This document shows positions 9,901-17,052 of a DNA stretch of 64,000 nucleotides, piece after piece; the stretch's first letter is position 1; every line of letters starts with the position of its first letter. A model generated the notes under the pieces. That model had not been told where the DNA came from. It saw only the letters and a program-made list of their open reading frames with translations, and searched no databases. The position numbers were made by a program, and so were the translations under genes. Source of the DNA: a virus. The stretch spans positions 1-64,000 of IMG/VR virus record IMGVR_UViG_3300036939_000039, one strand, 5' to 3'.

Positions 9901-12900
9901 ATCTAAGTTGCAAGGATTTCAGTCTAATTTCTTCTCAGGATTTGTTGATTCGCTCATATCAGGACTGGACAGCATCCAGTCGGCACAACAGGCAGAGATA
10001 CAAAAGCGACAACAACTCTATCAAAACCAAATTCAAGCATCTGATTTGTTGCGTCAAGGGTCTGAGCTAACCCGTCAATTGCCAGATGGATTGCCTAGCA
10101 ATTTAGTCCCTAATTCAATATCTACAACGCCTATCCCAAGAATTCCTATCAGGCTTGACATTGACGCCGTAAATGCTGATGCAACGGTCAAGCAACTCAA
10201 GGCAGGATTGGAAAGCGCAGGAGTGACAACCAAAAATCTTAACGGCGCGATCGCTGATGTCAATACATCTTTGCAGCAGACACAGCTGCCTCCGCCCAAT
10301 CCCACGCCGTGGAATCAAGCGATTGACTTCCTAAAAGCAAAATGGAATGAGTTTGTAGAGTTCGTTAGGCAGCGGTTCCCTGACTTGTCTGCGGCTATTT
10401 CCAAGCCTTTTGCGGATGGTCAATTAAGTTTTGGCGCATTTAGTGCATCAATTGCTGGTGGTATTCCCGGTCTAATTGCGTTGTTTGCCGGATTAATTGG
10501 CACAAGTAAGCAATTCGAGGATGCATTAAAGAGCGGTTGGCAAGCATTCTTGAATGTTGTTGAACAAAGCAAAAATTTCCTGCTTAATATTTTCACTAAT
10601 CCTCGCGCTGCGTGGAATGACGCGATCGCTTCTCTTCAATCTAGCTGGAAATCTTTTGTAGCCTATGTTGACCAATCAGTTCCAGCTATTAGAAATATAA
10701 ATACTGAATTTAAGCGTATCAACGAAGTACTAAGAGAAAACATTGCCGCACAGATTGAAATAATAAAAAAGCAGCTTGAATCTATCCCTGGGATTCAATC
10801 TATTCGTGCAGAGTTATCACGAATGAATCAGGATTTAGGTCAAACAATTGCGTCATACTTGCAAATCATTGAAAAGCAACTTCAATCAATACCGGGCATA
10901 CAATCAATTCGCGCAGAATTAGCCCGGATGAATGAAGCCCTTAATCAGGCGATCGCGGCACACATTCAAATCATTGAAAAACAATTTGGCATCAATGATT
11001 TAACTGGGAAAATTAAAGCTAGTACTAAAGAGTTTGCAGCCATTGTAGGAGTTAACTTGCTCAAGGCATTTAATCCTGTCCTTGGGATTGTGACCGAAAT
11101 TGGCTTAAAGCTATCCAAGTATCCCAACTTAGTAGATGCAGCCAAAAAGCAAGTAACTAGCTTAGGAAATGAATTTAACAAGCTTGGCAATTCAGTTACA
11201 AGTCTAGGTGAAACACTAGTGGGTTCATTTGGTAAATCGATTGACACGATTAAGCAAAAAAGTAAGGAAGCGATCGCGTCAATCAAGGGTGACTCTGCTA
11301 ACTTTGAGCAATATGTACAAGAAGGGTTACTGAGTGCTGGTCAGGGGAGTGCAGCAACGCCACAAAAGCCAAAACAAAGATCAGCAACAAGTAGTACCAG
11401 TCTAATATTAGACTCAGGCGATGGAGGTAGCAGTGGCGGCGTTGTCAAAGGTAATGGACGAGTTACGATTGAATATCGAACGGGTTTAATCCCAGGACAA
11501 AACTATGGCGCACCTCGCCGGGGCGGGCGTCGCCACGCTGGACAAGATTTTGATATTAGTGGTAACCAAGAAGCTCAAAGTTTCTTGGGCGGTGTTGTCA
11601 CAAGGGTAGGTTTTGATCCAAGCTACAAGGGTTATGGGCACTACGTTGATATTTACAACAAAGCCTTAAATGTTGTTGAACGGATAGCCGAAGCGTCAAA
11701 GCTATTAGTTAAGCGGGGCGATACTGTTCAACCTGGTCAAGCGGTTGGCAAGGGTGAAACAAATACGGGTGTTATTCATTATGAAATCCATACTGATCAC
11801 CGTCGCGGTGTGGCGGATTTTGGGTTTCCTGGCACAACGAACCCAGTTAAATATCTTGAAAAATTAGGTTTAGTTCGACAGGTAGGAAATCGATTAAAAG
11901 TTACTGGTGGGTTAGCTCCATACGAGCAGCAGCTTAAAGGACAGATGCGACCCTCGGTATCTTCTACTGCTAATAGAAAAACGGAAGATCAAGGGATTAT
12001 CAGTGGAGGTGCTAATGCAATTGGGGCAGCGATCGCAAACTCACTCAGAAGCAATAGCAACGCGCCCACTAATCGAGCCATTCCAAGAGGGTTAACAGCA
12101 AAAGGGCAACGCTATGCTCAGTTGTTGAATGATCCGGAAATTCGAGCATTACTAGATATGATCGGGAGGGCTGAGGGTGCGGACTATAACTCGCTATATG
12201 GAGGTAGTAAGCTGTCGAGTTTAGCTCAACATCCCAATAGAGTAGTACGAAAACCGGGTTGGATTCCGTCAAGTGCAGCTGGTAAGTACCAATTCATGGA
12301 TTACACTTGGTTTGGACGGAGAAAACGGAGACCGGGCCCCGGAATTAGAGATATCACTGGGGTACCAGATTTTAGCCCTACTAGTCAGGACATTGCAGCG
12401 ATTGCCCTATTGGATGAAATAGGGGTTTTAGAAAAAGCAAAACAGGGAGATCTTCGTAGCATTTGGAAGCGACTTGGCGGAACGTGGGCAAGTCTTGAAG
12501 ATAATCCATATGAGCAGGGAACGCCCCAAGGTTTACGAAGTTCGGCTATCCCGTATTTTCAAAAACGACTTAATTATTATCGCCAACAAGGTAGAGGCTC
12601 TACTCCTGTGCGCCGTAGTGCGGTACTAGGGGTTAGCATGGTAAACCCCGAAGTAGTGGCAGAAGAGGCAGCAAAAGCAAGGCAAGCCGCACAAATTGCC
12701 CAACCTCCTAAAGCGCCCACTCCAAAACCAACTCCAGTCCCAGTATCAGTAGTATCTACCAAGCCAGTACCTGTTGTTGATACAGGCTTAAAACAGCGTG
12801 TTGTCAGTGGTCAAAGTCAAGTTATTCGTAACCGTGAAAGCCAAGATCAACTTGCCATCCAGCAAGAGCAACAAGCGCTTCAAGATTTGCAAACAAGGGG

Positions 12901-15193
12901 GGCGCAGGAGCAACGAAATCGAACAGAACAAACGCGCCAATCTCTCAATCAGCTTGTAGAGCAGTCCCTGGGTATTCAGCGAGAATTTAGAAATTTAGGG
13001 AGTGTAATTGGCGACCCTACCCCCTTGCGGGAATTTCAGCAGAATCTGACAGCAACTAGTGATACTTATTCAGACTTAAGACGGCGCTTGTTAGAGTTTC
13101 AGCGTCAGACTACAGCAGGGGTAGAACAGGCGCGCGCTACTGAAAAGGAGCTAACATCCCCCACCTATCAAGCACAGCCCGGTCAAGACGTCGCCAAAGA
13201 TATTGAAACAACCCGTAGAGCGATCGCGGTCGGTTCCAGAACACTTAAAGAAGCGGATACTATCATTGGTCAGATTGATGACCAAGAAAAGCGCCGTCAA
13301 GCATTTGAGAAAGAGCGGTTTGCAAGAGAGGAAAAGCTACGACGGTTGGCGGCTCGTGACATGATTACCCAAGAGGCGATCGCTCTCAAGCAAGAGCAAT
13401 TGAGGCGTGCCCAGCTTGCGCAACAGCGCAACCCCCGCGACTTCTCTCAAGGCGACCCGATCGCGTTACAGGCAGAAATTGAGTTAATGCAGCGCCTACT
13501 CCCTCTTGATCAAAAGCGTCGGCAATTACAAGAGGAATTAAGGTTAGAACGGATTAAGCCTCAAGAGTACAATGACGCGATCGCCCTCCTTAACCAGCAA
13601 GAGAAAGCCTTAACCGCAAACACAGAAGCCGCGCAAGCATTCGGTCGAGAGGAACGACAACTTCAGTTTAGAGAAGCTGATTTTGCATTTCTGCAACGTC
13701 GCAATCAAGCATCAGGACAGCTAACTCAGGCACAACAGCAGGCGGCTGAATTATTCCAGCAGTTCCGCCCATTTGATTTAAGCCAAGGTGACCCTGCGCT
13801 GTTGCGTTACCAGCAAACAGTGTTACAAGTCGAGCAGGAGCGTCAACAGGCAATATTAGAGCAGCAGCGCTTTCAGTTGACGAATCAAAACCGCTCTCAA
13901 GAAGACTTGAACGCAATCCTTGCAACTATCAATCAAGCGGCGGATCAACGATTAGAGAATGCCAGAGTTGAATTACAGCAAACACAGACCCGGTTTACTC
14001 AAGATAAACTTGACTTTGAATTACGACGCAAGCAACAGAATCAGCAAGCTGACCTGGCAACCCTACAGGCTAGGACAGGGTTGTTAAGTTCGGTCGGCAT
14101 TGAAGTTGATTCTCTATCCCGTCAAGCGCAAGAATTCAATGCAAGTATGCAATTCGATTCAGCGATCAGGGAGCTTGAGAAAGCGCGTGCATTGACGAAT
14201 CTTTCAGCTGAGGACTATGAACGGCAACGTCAAAGTCTAGAGCAAATACTATCTTTGCAACGACAACAAGCCGCGATCGCATCCCAGCAAGCACGCTTCA
14301 ACCGCAATGCAGAGATGCTCAATCTCAGAGCAGACGTACTGGCAGGGAATGGCGCGGATTTCTCAGCTACATTCATTAAACGCAATGTGGCGATCGCTCA
14401 GCAAAACATGACGTTCAAAACTCAGATGGAACAATTGAACCAATTGAGGGGGCAAATTCCAAATGATGAATTTGAGCGGATGCGTGATTACTTGATCCAG
14501 ATCAATCAACTCAAACTGGATCAAATTCGCCAACAGTTTGCTGACTTATCCCGCGAAGTAGAGCTGGCTGGCAGAGACGCAACAAAGAACTTCTTTAAGG
14601 GTTTTCTGATTGAAGGTAAAGGTGTTTTTGAATCCCTTAAGGACGCATTCAATCAGATGAAAGACCAGATTATTGGTCGATTGATTGACATTGGAGTTGA
14701 AAGCATATTCAAGGGTAAAAATACGGGTCAAGACACTGGTGGAGGATTACTAGGCAGTATTGTAGGCTCTGTCATTGGCGGTGGCAGCAATCCATTAGGA
14801 TTACTGACAGGTATCCTTGGTTTCTCTGAGGGTGGCGTTGTTCCTGGAACTGATAAAGGTAAAGATAGTGTCCCTGCGATGCTACGCCCCGGAGAGTTCG
14901 TTGTATCTCGCGACGGTGTAACAAACATGGGGACGGCATTCCTTGATTCTTTGAACTCAGGGGGAGCTATGCCGTCTTACCAGCAGCGTGAATACTCTAG
15001 TGGGGAACCCGTAGAAAGTAGTCGCAGTATCAGTATCCAGTATGAAAAGATAGGCGATCGCGAGTACATCACCCGTGAGCAGTTTGAGCAGGGCATTCAA
15101 TACGCCGCGCAAGAAGGGGCGCGAGGTGGTGCCAAAATAACCTCAAACTGGATGAGGAATTCGCCCAACGAAAGAAGGCGACATGGGCTGTAG
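3968..15193 (+). CDS. tail tape measure protein, 3741 aa, with embedded enzymatic domains
   Basis: - Giant ORF after the chaperone-position genes, with a GTG start and GGAG 8 nt upstream.
- Long coiled-coil and Q-rich stretches.
- C-terminal GGVVPGTDKGKDSVPAMLRPGEFVVSRDGV block, typical of tape measure proteins.
- Carries hydrolase-like, M23 and lambda-R-like domains. Confidence 0.9.
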   Translation: MDYIASIGIGTGLDLSGFYAGLEQIKRVKLPVVHIVPTVDHTALYKLNEHIDEKIAHVAQANAYLKRNPIKVYANTSELIRLKETVVSVNNWMVSNPIKVKTVVQKIDETALRSQIDELSSKLEASVKVKATVDKTEAQKLNVALESGVKEAFKDSAVVLKNSIEKANIKSTSDRGIVGGAVGAITAPLKQVASGVFTSIGFPLGEKIGIGITKNLERKLNTSFIKVGEKIEDYSSSKVQRVTQASLGTLGLTTEQIKNDAIAFAKAFDKATDPEPIEKAAKKAETLLVELLENIFVFKDVGKAKEAARREAQNVAKAASELAQNEAIRPYVGAGLKIGAYPFKIRRSVKAQDLAMQAEKLAQNIEVVPASKVGDAPTITIAIAGKNNVQGAGSAVIAPEFQALMGKKTHVVPVANPYTDSGLAGLDDFLDELKKADKGLMGNLNKFLTNRNIDIGNLSKHLTGKTTFAQAIYEKDKSGSLLGLEQMAYTGAVKGYNPDALTAAAYAIAYQKAYPGKKINVVGHSAGGEVAAGVAEITAKAGVTVNAVGLGTPMTGLVYAGNVGNQQANYTSLMGKKDYVYTQMFEANKLDAADIKLLVEKGVEAEARKTLLQGIFNPALTPMTLIPGAGKSHALPMYLSNPRIQKEMQQRLTGALPDEIAKEFKDPETYKFIRDRGLKADIPIKAIQSLTGEEISTSDLKRSLRDVEKLSEDFRQNTAELRGVMKEDFENYLQFLGSIEAAIKDTIAQGEVSSEKIKSALDLGAQYYEPVQALQQQLTPTLNANIDRERAARAQKQAQEARAIAEAEVLRKQNTTNLYRYPEVPRGAISLLQNQSASTRELIDSRRDIDELIKQIKADTTQLTNVTQQDIDNYLDYLETLKQSINSFINGEPLGQLDKLIKTTDKTFAPVNLPVNIQSSQPELTAISPVNQTSLKSTAQKATDEALQRNVKEVIKKSDILINQVVGAIGQPLIQEISRPDASLIDQIKQRTEALAQSSLTASDLSKGVPNISAAYADVVKDLLPGLSQEIEQAIASLPVNERLSSELGNQLANLKSQVIKIQKRTEDSIKQINKPLTQAIDAGASVKNLGLQFSEKIKSARKLSTLDPIESQKLANEVLTGAKEARKAIDDLMKSLGSNASQELKAIAKSARTRITVASSSAESLVQSQEVGSNIGQGLSEGMSQSINQVKVAAEELAKSAIEQAKDTLDIQSPSRVFQRIGEFVVEGFSQGIQKGQQGLDWARELITKPSQGAIDKVMQVREAINELIKANPLLRSLSSGIRGVGVALLTLQLIPVLGNIANQAYQTAKAFDSLERSIRYSAGSESEGAKNIAYIRSEVERLNAPLQDATESFNELAGALQGTKLQGNTREIFTALNEAALVRQLSPEKRRRFVYGVAQAAGKPVLSSEEVNQQIGEALPGAANIFARAYGESPETFRKNLVTGQYSGAESVLKFARQLRVEFASGVDEATNSTQALENRLGNTRIQLERMLGSAVMPLVNTGLKGLNIALEAVIANVDKITLILGALALQQLPAVLGLILKIAQVALPALAGGFNVAAAAIAKFSLQTAALAVALKVVSDTWQSFQGSQNLDSAIEKNIKQFKRLEDAASGVGKGIVKTSNDLDKFLNRNIQQKALDTFNPIASILGNYNKLQSIIRSRSNLKDIQEFNNRVNVTLGNSQVKPDDAARSRQLSALTADPFLPSYQRDIYSKEKEQIDTRVRNQKELVDSLLEAANAEIESIDELWAKNQISRKQADVLKSNIRQSIPALEAAQKELENFTSGQISLVKLIRDQLTKTATAYADANAAIANNTARYQVGLSTAQRNGLTPGQAQYGQQLLQQRSLEAQINNANTALSKLNKYVETPDNVQLLFEKGINPRTVGAEELNRLSGLATGAEEKLLYERLTKMREIEGQLGQLEVQLSQSQADAAQQLYELGKSVDEYLRGITRQTQELQLTIEASESQLAIAAEKNRLISKLQGFQSNFFSGFVDSLISGLDSIQSAQQAEIQKRQQLYQNQIQASDLLRQGSELTRQLPDGLPSNLVPNSISTTPIPRIPIRLDIDAVNADATVKQLKAGLESAGVTTKNLNGAIADVNTSLQQTQLPPPNPTPWNQAIDFLKAKWNEFVEFVRQRFPDLSAAISKPFADGQLSFGAFSASIAGGIPGLIALFAGLIGTSKQFEDALKSGWQAFLNVVEQSKNFLLNIFTNPRAAWNDAIASLQSSWKSFVAYVDQSVPAIRNINTEFKRINEVLRENIAAQIEIIKKQLESIPGIQSIRAELSRMNQDLGQTIASYLQIIEKQLQSIPGIQSIRAELARMNEALNQAIAAHIQIIEKQFGINDLTGKIKASTKEFAAIVGVNLLKAFNPVLGIVTEIGLKLSKYPNLVDAAKKQVTSLGNEFNKLGNSVTSLGETLVGSFGKSIDTIKQKSKEAIASIKGDSANFEQYVQEGLLSAGQGSAATPQKPKQRSATSSTSLILDSGDGGSSGGVVKGNGRVTIEYRTGLIPGQNYGAPRRGGRRHAGQDFDISGNQEAQSFLGGVVTRVGFDPSYKGYGHYVDIYNKALNVVERIAEASKLLVKRGDTVQPGQAVGKGETNTGVIHYEIHTDHRRGVADFGFPGTTNPVKYLEKLGLVRQVGNRLKVTGGLAPYEQQLKGQMRPSVSSTANRKTEDQGIISGGANAIGAAIANSLRSNSNAPTNRAIPRGLTAKGQRYAQLLNDPEIRALLDMIGRAEGADYNSLYGGSKLSSLAQHPNRVVRKPGWIPSSAAGKYQFMDYTWFGRRKRRPGPGIRDITGVPDFSPTSQDIAAIALLDEIGVLEKAKQGDLRSIWKRLGGTWASLEDNPYEQGTPQGLRSSAIPYFQKRLNYYRQQGRGSTPVRRSAVLGVSMVNPEVVAEEAAKARQAAQIAQPPKAPTPKPTPVPVSVVSTKPVPVVDTGLKQRVVSGQSQVIRNRESQDQLAIQQEQQALQDLQTRGAQEQRNRTEQTRQSLNQLVEQSLGIQREFRNLGSVIGDPTPLREFQQNLTATSDTYSDLRRRLLEFQRQTTAGVEQARATEKELTSPTYQAQPGQDVAKDIETTRRAIAVGSRTLKEADTIIGQIDDQEKRRQAFEKERFAREEKLRRLAARDMITQEAIALKQEQLRRAQLAQQRNPRDFSQGDPIALQAEIELMQRLLPLDQKRRQLQEELRLERIKPQEYNDAIALLNQQEKALTANTEAAQAFGREERQLQFREADFAFLQRRNQASGQLTQAQQQAAELFQQFRPFDLSQGDPALLRYQQTVLQVEQERQQAILEQQRFQLTNQNRSQEDLNAILATINQAADQRLENARVELQQTQTRFTQDKLDFELRRKQQNQQADLATLQARTGLLSSVGIEVDSLSRQAQEFNASMQFDSAIRELEKARALTNLSAEDYERQRQSLEQILSLQRQQAAIASQQARFNRNAEMLNLRADVLAGNGADFSATFIKRNVAIAQQNMTFKTQMEQLNQLRGQIPNDEFERMRDYLIQINQLKLDQIRQQFADLSREVELAGRDATKNFFKGFLIEGKGVFESLKDAFNQMKDQIIGRLIDIGVESIFKGKNTGQDTGGGLLGSIVGSVIGGGSNPLGLLTGILGFSEGGVVPGTDKGKDSVPAMLRPGEFVVSRDGVTNMGTAFLDSLNSGGAMPSYQQREYSSGEPVESSRSISIQYEKIGDREYITREQFEQGIQYAAQEGARGGAKITSNWMRNSPNERRRHGL
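5100..5900 (+). other. alpha/beta serine-hydrolase-like region inside the tape measure protein
   Basis: GHSAGG nucleophile-elbow motif (GxSxG) with the Ser codon at 5540-5542 (aa 525). Flanked by VVPVANPYTDSG and GAGKSHALP blocks. Motif-level evidence only. Confidence 0.4.
7486..7499. repeat. palindrome variant GTCTAATATTGGAC (1 mismatch)
   Basis: Inside the tape measure CDS, translated S-N-I-G. Confidence 0.9.
9253..9266. repeat. 14-bp palindrome (exact), intragenic
   Basis: Inside the tape measure CDS, translated S-N-I-R. Confidence 0.97.
10742..10990 (+). repeat. 105-nt (35-aa) tandem repeat, about 2.4 copies, inside the tape measure gene
   Basis: IAAQIEIIKKQLESIPGIQSIRAELSRMNQDLGQT, then IASYLQIIEKQLQSIPGIQSIRAELARMNEALNQA, then IAAHIQIIEKQFG. 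Units start at 10742, 10847 and 10952. Confidence 0.9.
11400..11413. repeat. 14-bp palindrome (exact), intragenic
   Basis: Inside the tape measure CDS, translated L-I-L-D. Lies immediately upstream of a Gly/Ser linker and the M23 domain. Confidence 0.97.
11470..11830 (+). other. peptidase M23 (LytM-type) domain of the tape measure protein
   Basis: HAGQDFD (HxxxD) and HYEIH (HxH) zinc-ligand motifs at the expected spacing. Confidence 0.8.
12100..12590 (+). other. lambda R-like lytic transglycosylase (GH104-type) domain of the tape measure protein
   Basis: Four blocks match lambda R as recalled:
- LLDMIGRAEG vs FLDMLAWSEG
- SSAAGKYQF vs STGAGRYQL
- DFSPTSQDIAAIALL vs DFSPKSQDAVALQQI
- TWASL vs IWASL. 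Confidence 0.8.
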
Positions 15194-15472
15194 TCAGTGT
15201 CTAATATTAGACTTCCGGCTAAACCGCATCCACCATAGCCAATACCTTAGTTTACGGATTGGATTACGGGCGATCGCGGCAATTTCACTATTGATAGAAT
15301 AAATGCCGTAAATTAGCTTCCCTATTGGGCTACACCAAAACTCCTTGATGTCTCGGCAATTCGTATACAACAGCTTGCTTCCATCCGGATGACTTTGTTT
15401 CCATGCTAAATAGGCGTCTTTCTCCGATAGTTGCAAGCTCCACGTAAAAGCGTCTAGATGTCTCCACCGCAT
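15194..15472 (-). CDS. hypothetical protein
   Basis: 92-aa ORF convergent with the tape measure gene, with abutting stops. The C-terminal SNIRH is encoded by the palindrome. Confidence 0.4.
   Translation of the reverse strand: MRWRHLDAFTWSLQLSEKDAYLAWKQSHPDGSKLLYTNCRDIKEFWCSPIGKLIYGIYSINSEIAAIARNPIRKLRYWLWWMRFSRKSNIRH
15199..15212. repeat. 14-bp palindrome (exact)
   Basis: Lies 5 nt after the tape measure stop, at a convergent junction. Confidence 0.97.
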
Positions 15473-15580
15473 AACATAAATAGTGCTGTTTCTATGAAAT
15501 TATATAGCTTTTTGAATACAATTCTTGCTGATAATTAGCGATAAAATTAAAAAGATTACCCTAGTCAATGAGAGCTAAAT

Positions 15581-15781
15581 ATGCCGATCGCTAAATCAGT
15601 GGGATTGCCCGAAGCTATCCCTTCCACGCCCCCCAACAATGCTTATGTATTGAGGGTTCAATATGAACTCAGTGTTGCCAATAGGACATCTACATACACC
15701 CCTGATAATCTAAAGTCGCCTCATGATCAGGCGCTTCTCGCAGGTCATAAGGCAGCATTACAGGCTTTGTTGCCAGCATAG
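15581..15781 (+). CDS. hypothetical small protein
   Basis: 66-aa ORF followed by a clear intrinsic terminator. Confidence 0.4.
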   Translation: MPIAKSVGLPEAIPSTPPNNAYVLRVQYELSVANRTSTYTPDNLKSPHDQALLAGHKAALQALLPA

Positions 15782-15804
15782 TTTGGATATCACTTACCTG
15801 GGTG

Positions 15805-15837
15805 AACGATGCAGAATTTTATTGCATCGTTTTTTTA
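15805..15837 (+). terminator. Rho-independent terminator
   Basis: 9-bp stem aacgatgca/tgcatcgtt followed by a T-run. Confidence 0.7.
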
Positions 15838-15941
15838 ATGAGCGATCGCCCCCCCCAAAAAAACTTTTAGTTTAATTTATGAATCTTCCGGATCTGAGCT
15901 AACACCCTCGTATAACTAATTGTACAGGTGGAGATTGATTT

Positions 15942-16274
15942 ATGCTTTCTTATTTTGTCTTTAGTTACGGAATAGGCGCGATCGCAACTTACTATTTGAT
16001 GCGTCAAGAGGCGATCAGGAGAAACCCAGCGCTTCTAGAAGCCGCATTCCCTGTTACAACTTCCCTGTGGGAAACAAGCCGGGTTGTTGGTCGCAAAGCA
16101 ATGATCGTAAAAATACAAGAGGCACTTAAAGACGCTGACGTCGAGGCTAGTCAAGAGGCTATTGAGCGAAAGCTTTTCCCCTACTTCGTGATCCTTATTG
16201 AGTTCTGCATCCCTATCTTTGCTTGGTGGTTTCTTCTAGGATTCACTCTTTTTAACTTTTTTAAGGTTAAATAA
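15942..16274 (+). CDS. putative membrane protein
   Basis: 110-aa ORF with GGAG upstream. Hydrophobic N- and C-terminal segments. Confidence 0.5.
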   Translation: MLSYFVFSYGIGAIATYYLMRQEAIRRNPALLEAAFPVTTSLWETSRVVGRKAMIVKIQEALKDADVEASQEAIERKLFPYFVILIEFCIPIFAWWFLLGFTLFNFFKVK

Positions 16275-16310
16275 GCCTTAAGGATTTTTTTTGAACTTTT
16301 CTGCATAATC

Positions 16311-16341
16311 AAGCGATGCAACATCATGTTGCATCGCTTTT
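16311..16341 (+). terminator. Rho-independent terminator
   Basis: 12-bp stem aagcgatgcaac/gttgcatcgctt, 5-nt loop and a TTTT run. Confidence 0.75.
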
Positions 16342-16346
16342 GTAGG

Positions 16347-16736
16347 TTAGTCTAATATTAGATTTCTCAGCATGAATAGATGATCGATCGCCCTTCGTAT
16401 CTCTTTGATCCGATAAGGTTTTGTGATAAAATAGTCCGCACCTAATTGCATCGCTAGCTGTTGGTTGACCATTCCTGCTTGCGCCGTTACATAAGCGAAA
16501 GGAAGATAAGCCTTTCGCGATCGCCTCAGTGTACGAACATGCGCTAGTATTTCCCACCCAGATACTTCATAAAGAACGACATCGCAAAGGATCAGATCAA
16601 AATGCTGATTACTGAGGACAGCGATCGCCTCATTTCCGTTACTCACTCCTAATGCGCTGTATCCTTCTAGCTCCAAGATTTCAATTAAGTTTTCTCTGCA
16701 TTCTTGCTGATCTTCAATGACTAGAATTTGTACCAT
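16347..16736 (-). CDS. single-domain response regulator (CheY-like receiver)
   Basis: Acidic pocket VIEDQ, phospho-acceptor context LILCDVVL, and conserved Lys in FITKP. 129 aa with no output domain. Confidence 0.85.
   Translation of the reverse strand: MVQILVIEDQQECRENLIEILELEGYSALGVSNGNEAIAVLSNQHFDLILCDVVLYEVSGWEILAHVRTLRRSRKAYLPFAYVTAQAGMVNQQLAMQLGADYFITKPYRIKEIRRAIDHLFMLRNLILD
16350..16363. repeat. palindrome variant GTCTAATATTAGAT (1 mismatch)
   Basis: Encodes the receiver C-terminus N-L-I-L-D, and the stop codon abuts it. Convergent junction. Confidence 0.9.
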
Positions 16737-16754
16737 TGGTACTGATTACTAACA

Positions 16755-16997
16755 TCAACTACGACGAAACATTAGTATGTTTCCCTGCTCGACATTTTCA
16801 TTTCTCTCTTCAACCAATGATAACAATCTAACTAAAGATTGCTCAATTCTTATTAGATGCTTGTCTTTTTGTTCTGGTGTCATGCGATCGCCATACTGCC
16901 TCAGTAATTCCACCGAGGATAGTGCAGGCGTAAGAGCATTGCGATAGTAATGGTTGTTTTGCTCAATTGCTGTTGACGGTTCGATTTGACGCAGCAT
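16755..16997 (-). CDS. free-standing DHp/HisKA-like protein (80 aa)
   Basis: NNHYYRNALTPALSSVELL matches the H-box (HELRTPLTSI..ELL). A second helix, KHLIRIEQSLVRLLSLVEE, follows. No ATPase domain. Lies 18 nt upstream of the receiver gene. Confidence 0.6.
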   Translation of the reverse strand: MLRQIEPSTAIEQNNHYYRNALTPALSSVELLRQYGDRMTPEQKDKHLIRIEQSLVRLLSLVEERNENVEQGNILMFRRS

Positions 16998-17052
16998 AGT
17001 CTTATTGCCCCTAGTCTATAATTAATATTAATCAATCGTAACTAAACGTACA

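Noticed and set aside
4156-14928. Short antisense and out-of-frame ORFs from the six-frame track inside the tape measure gene (for example 4156..4356, 8431..8703, 10966..11286, 13668..13925).
   Set aside because: They lie entirely within a long, well-supported CDS, have no start context or motifs, and have low-complexity translations typical of shadow ORFs. The same reasoning applies to shadow ORFs inside other long genes (21625..21894, 23032..23280, 25279..25620, 27262..27531, 38777..39211, 62350..62640 and similar).
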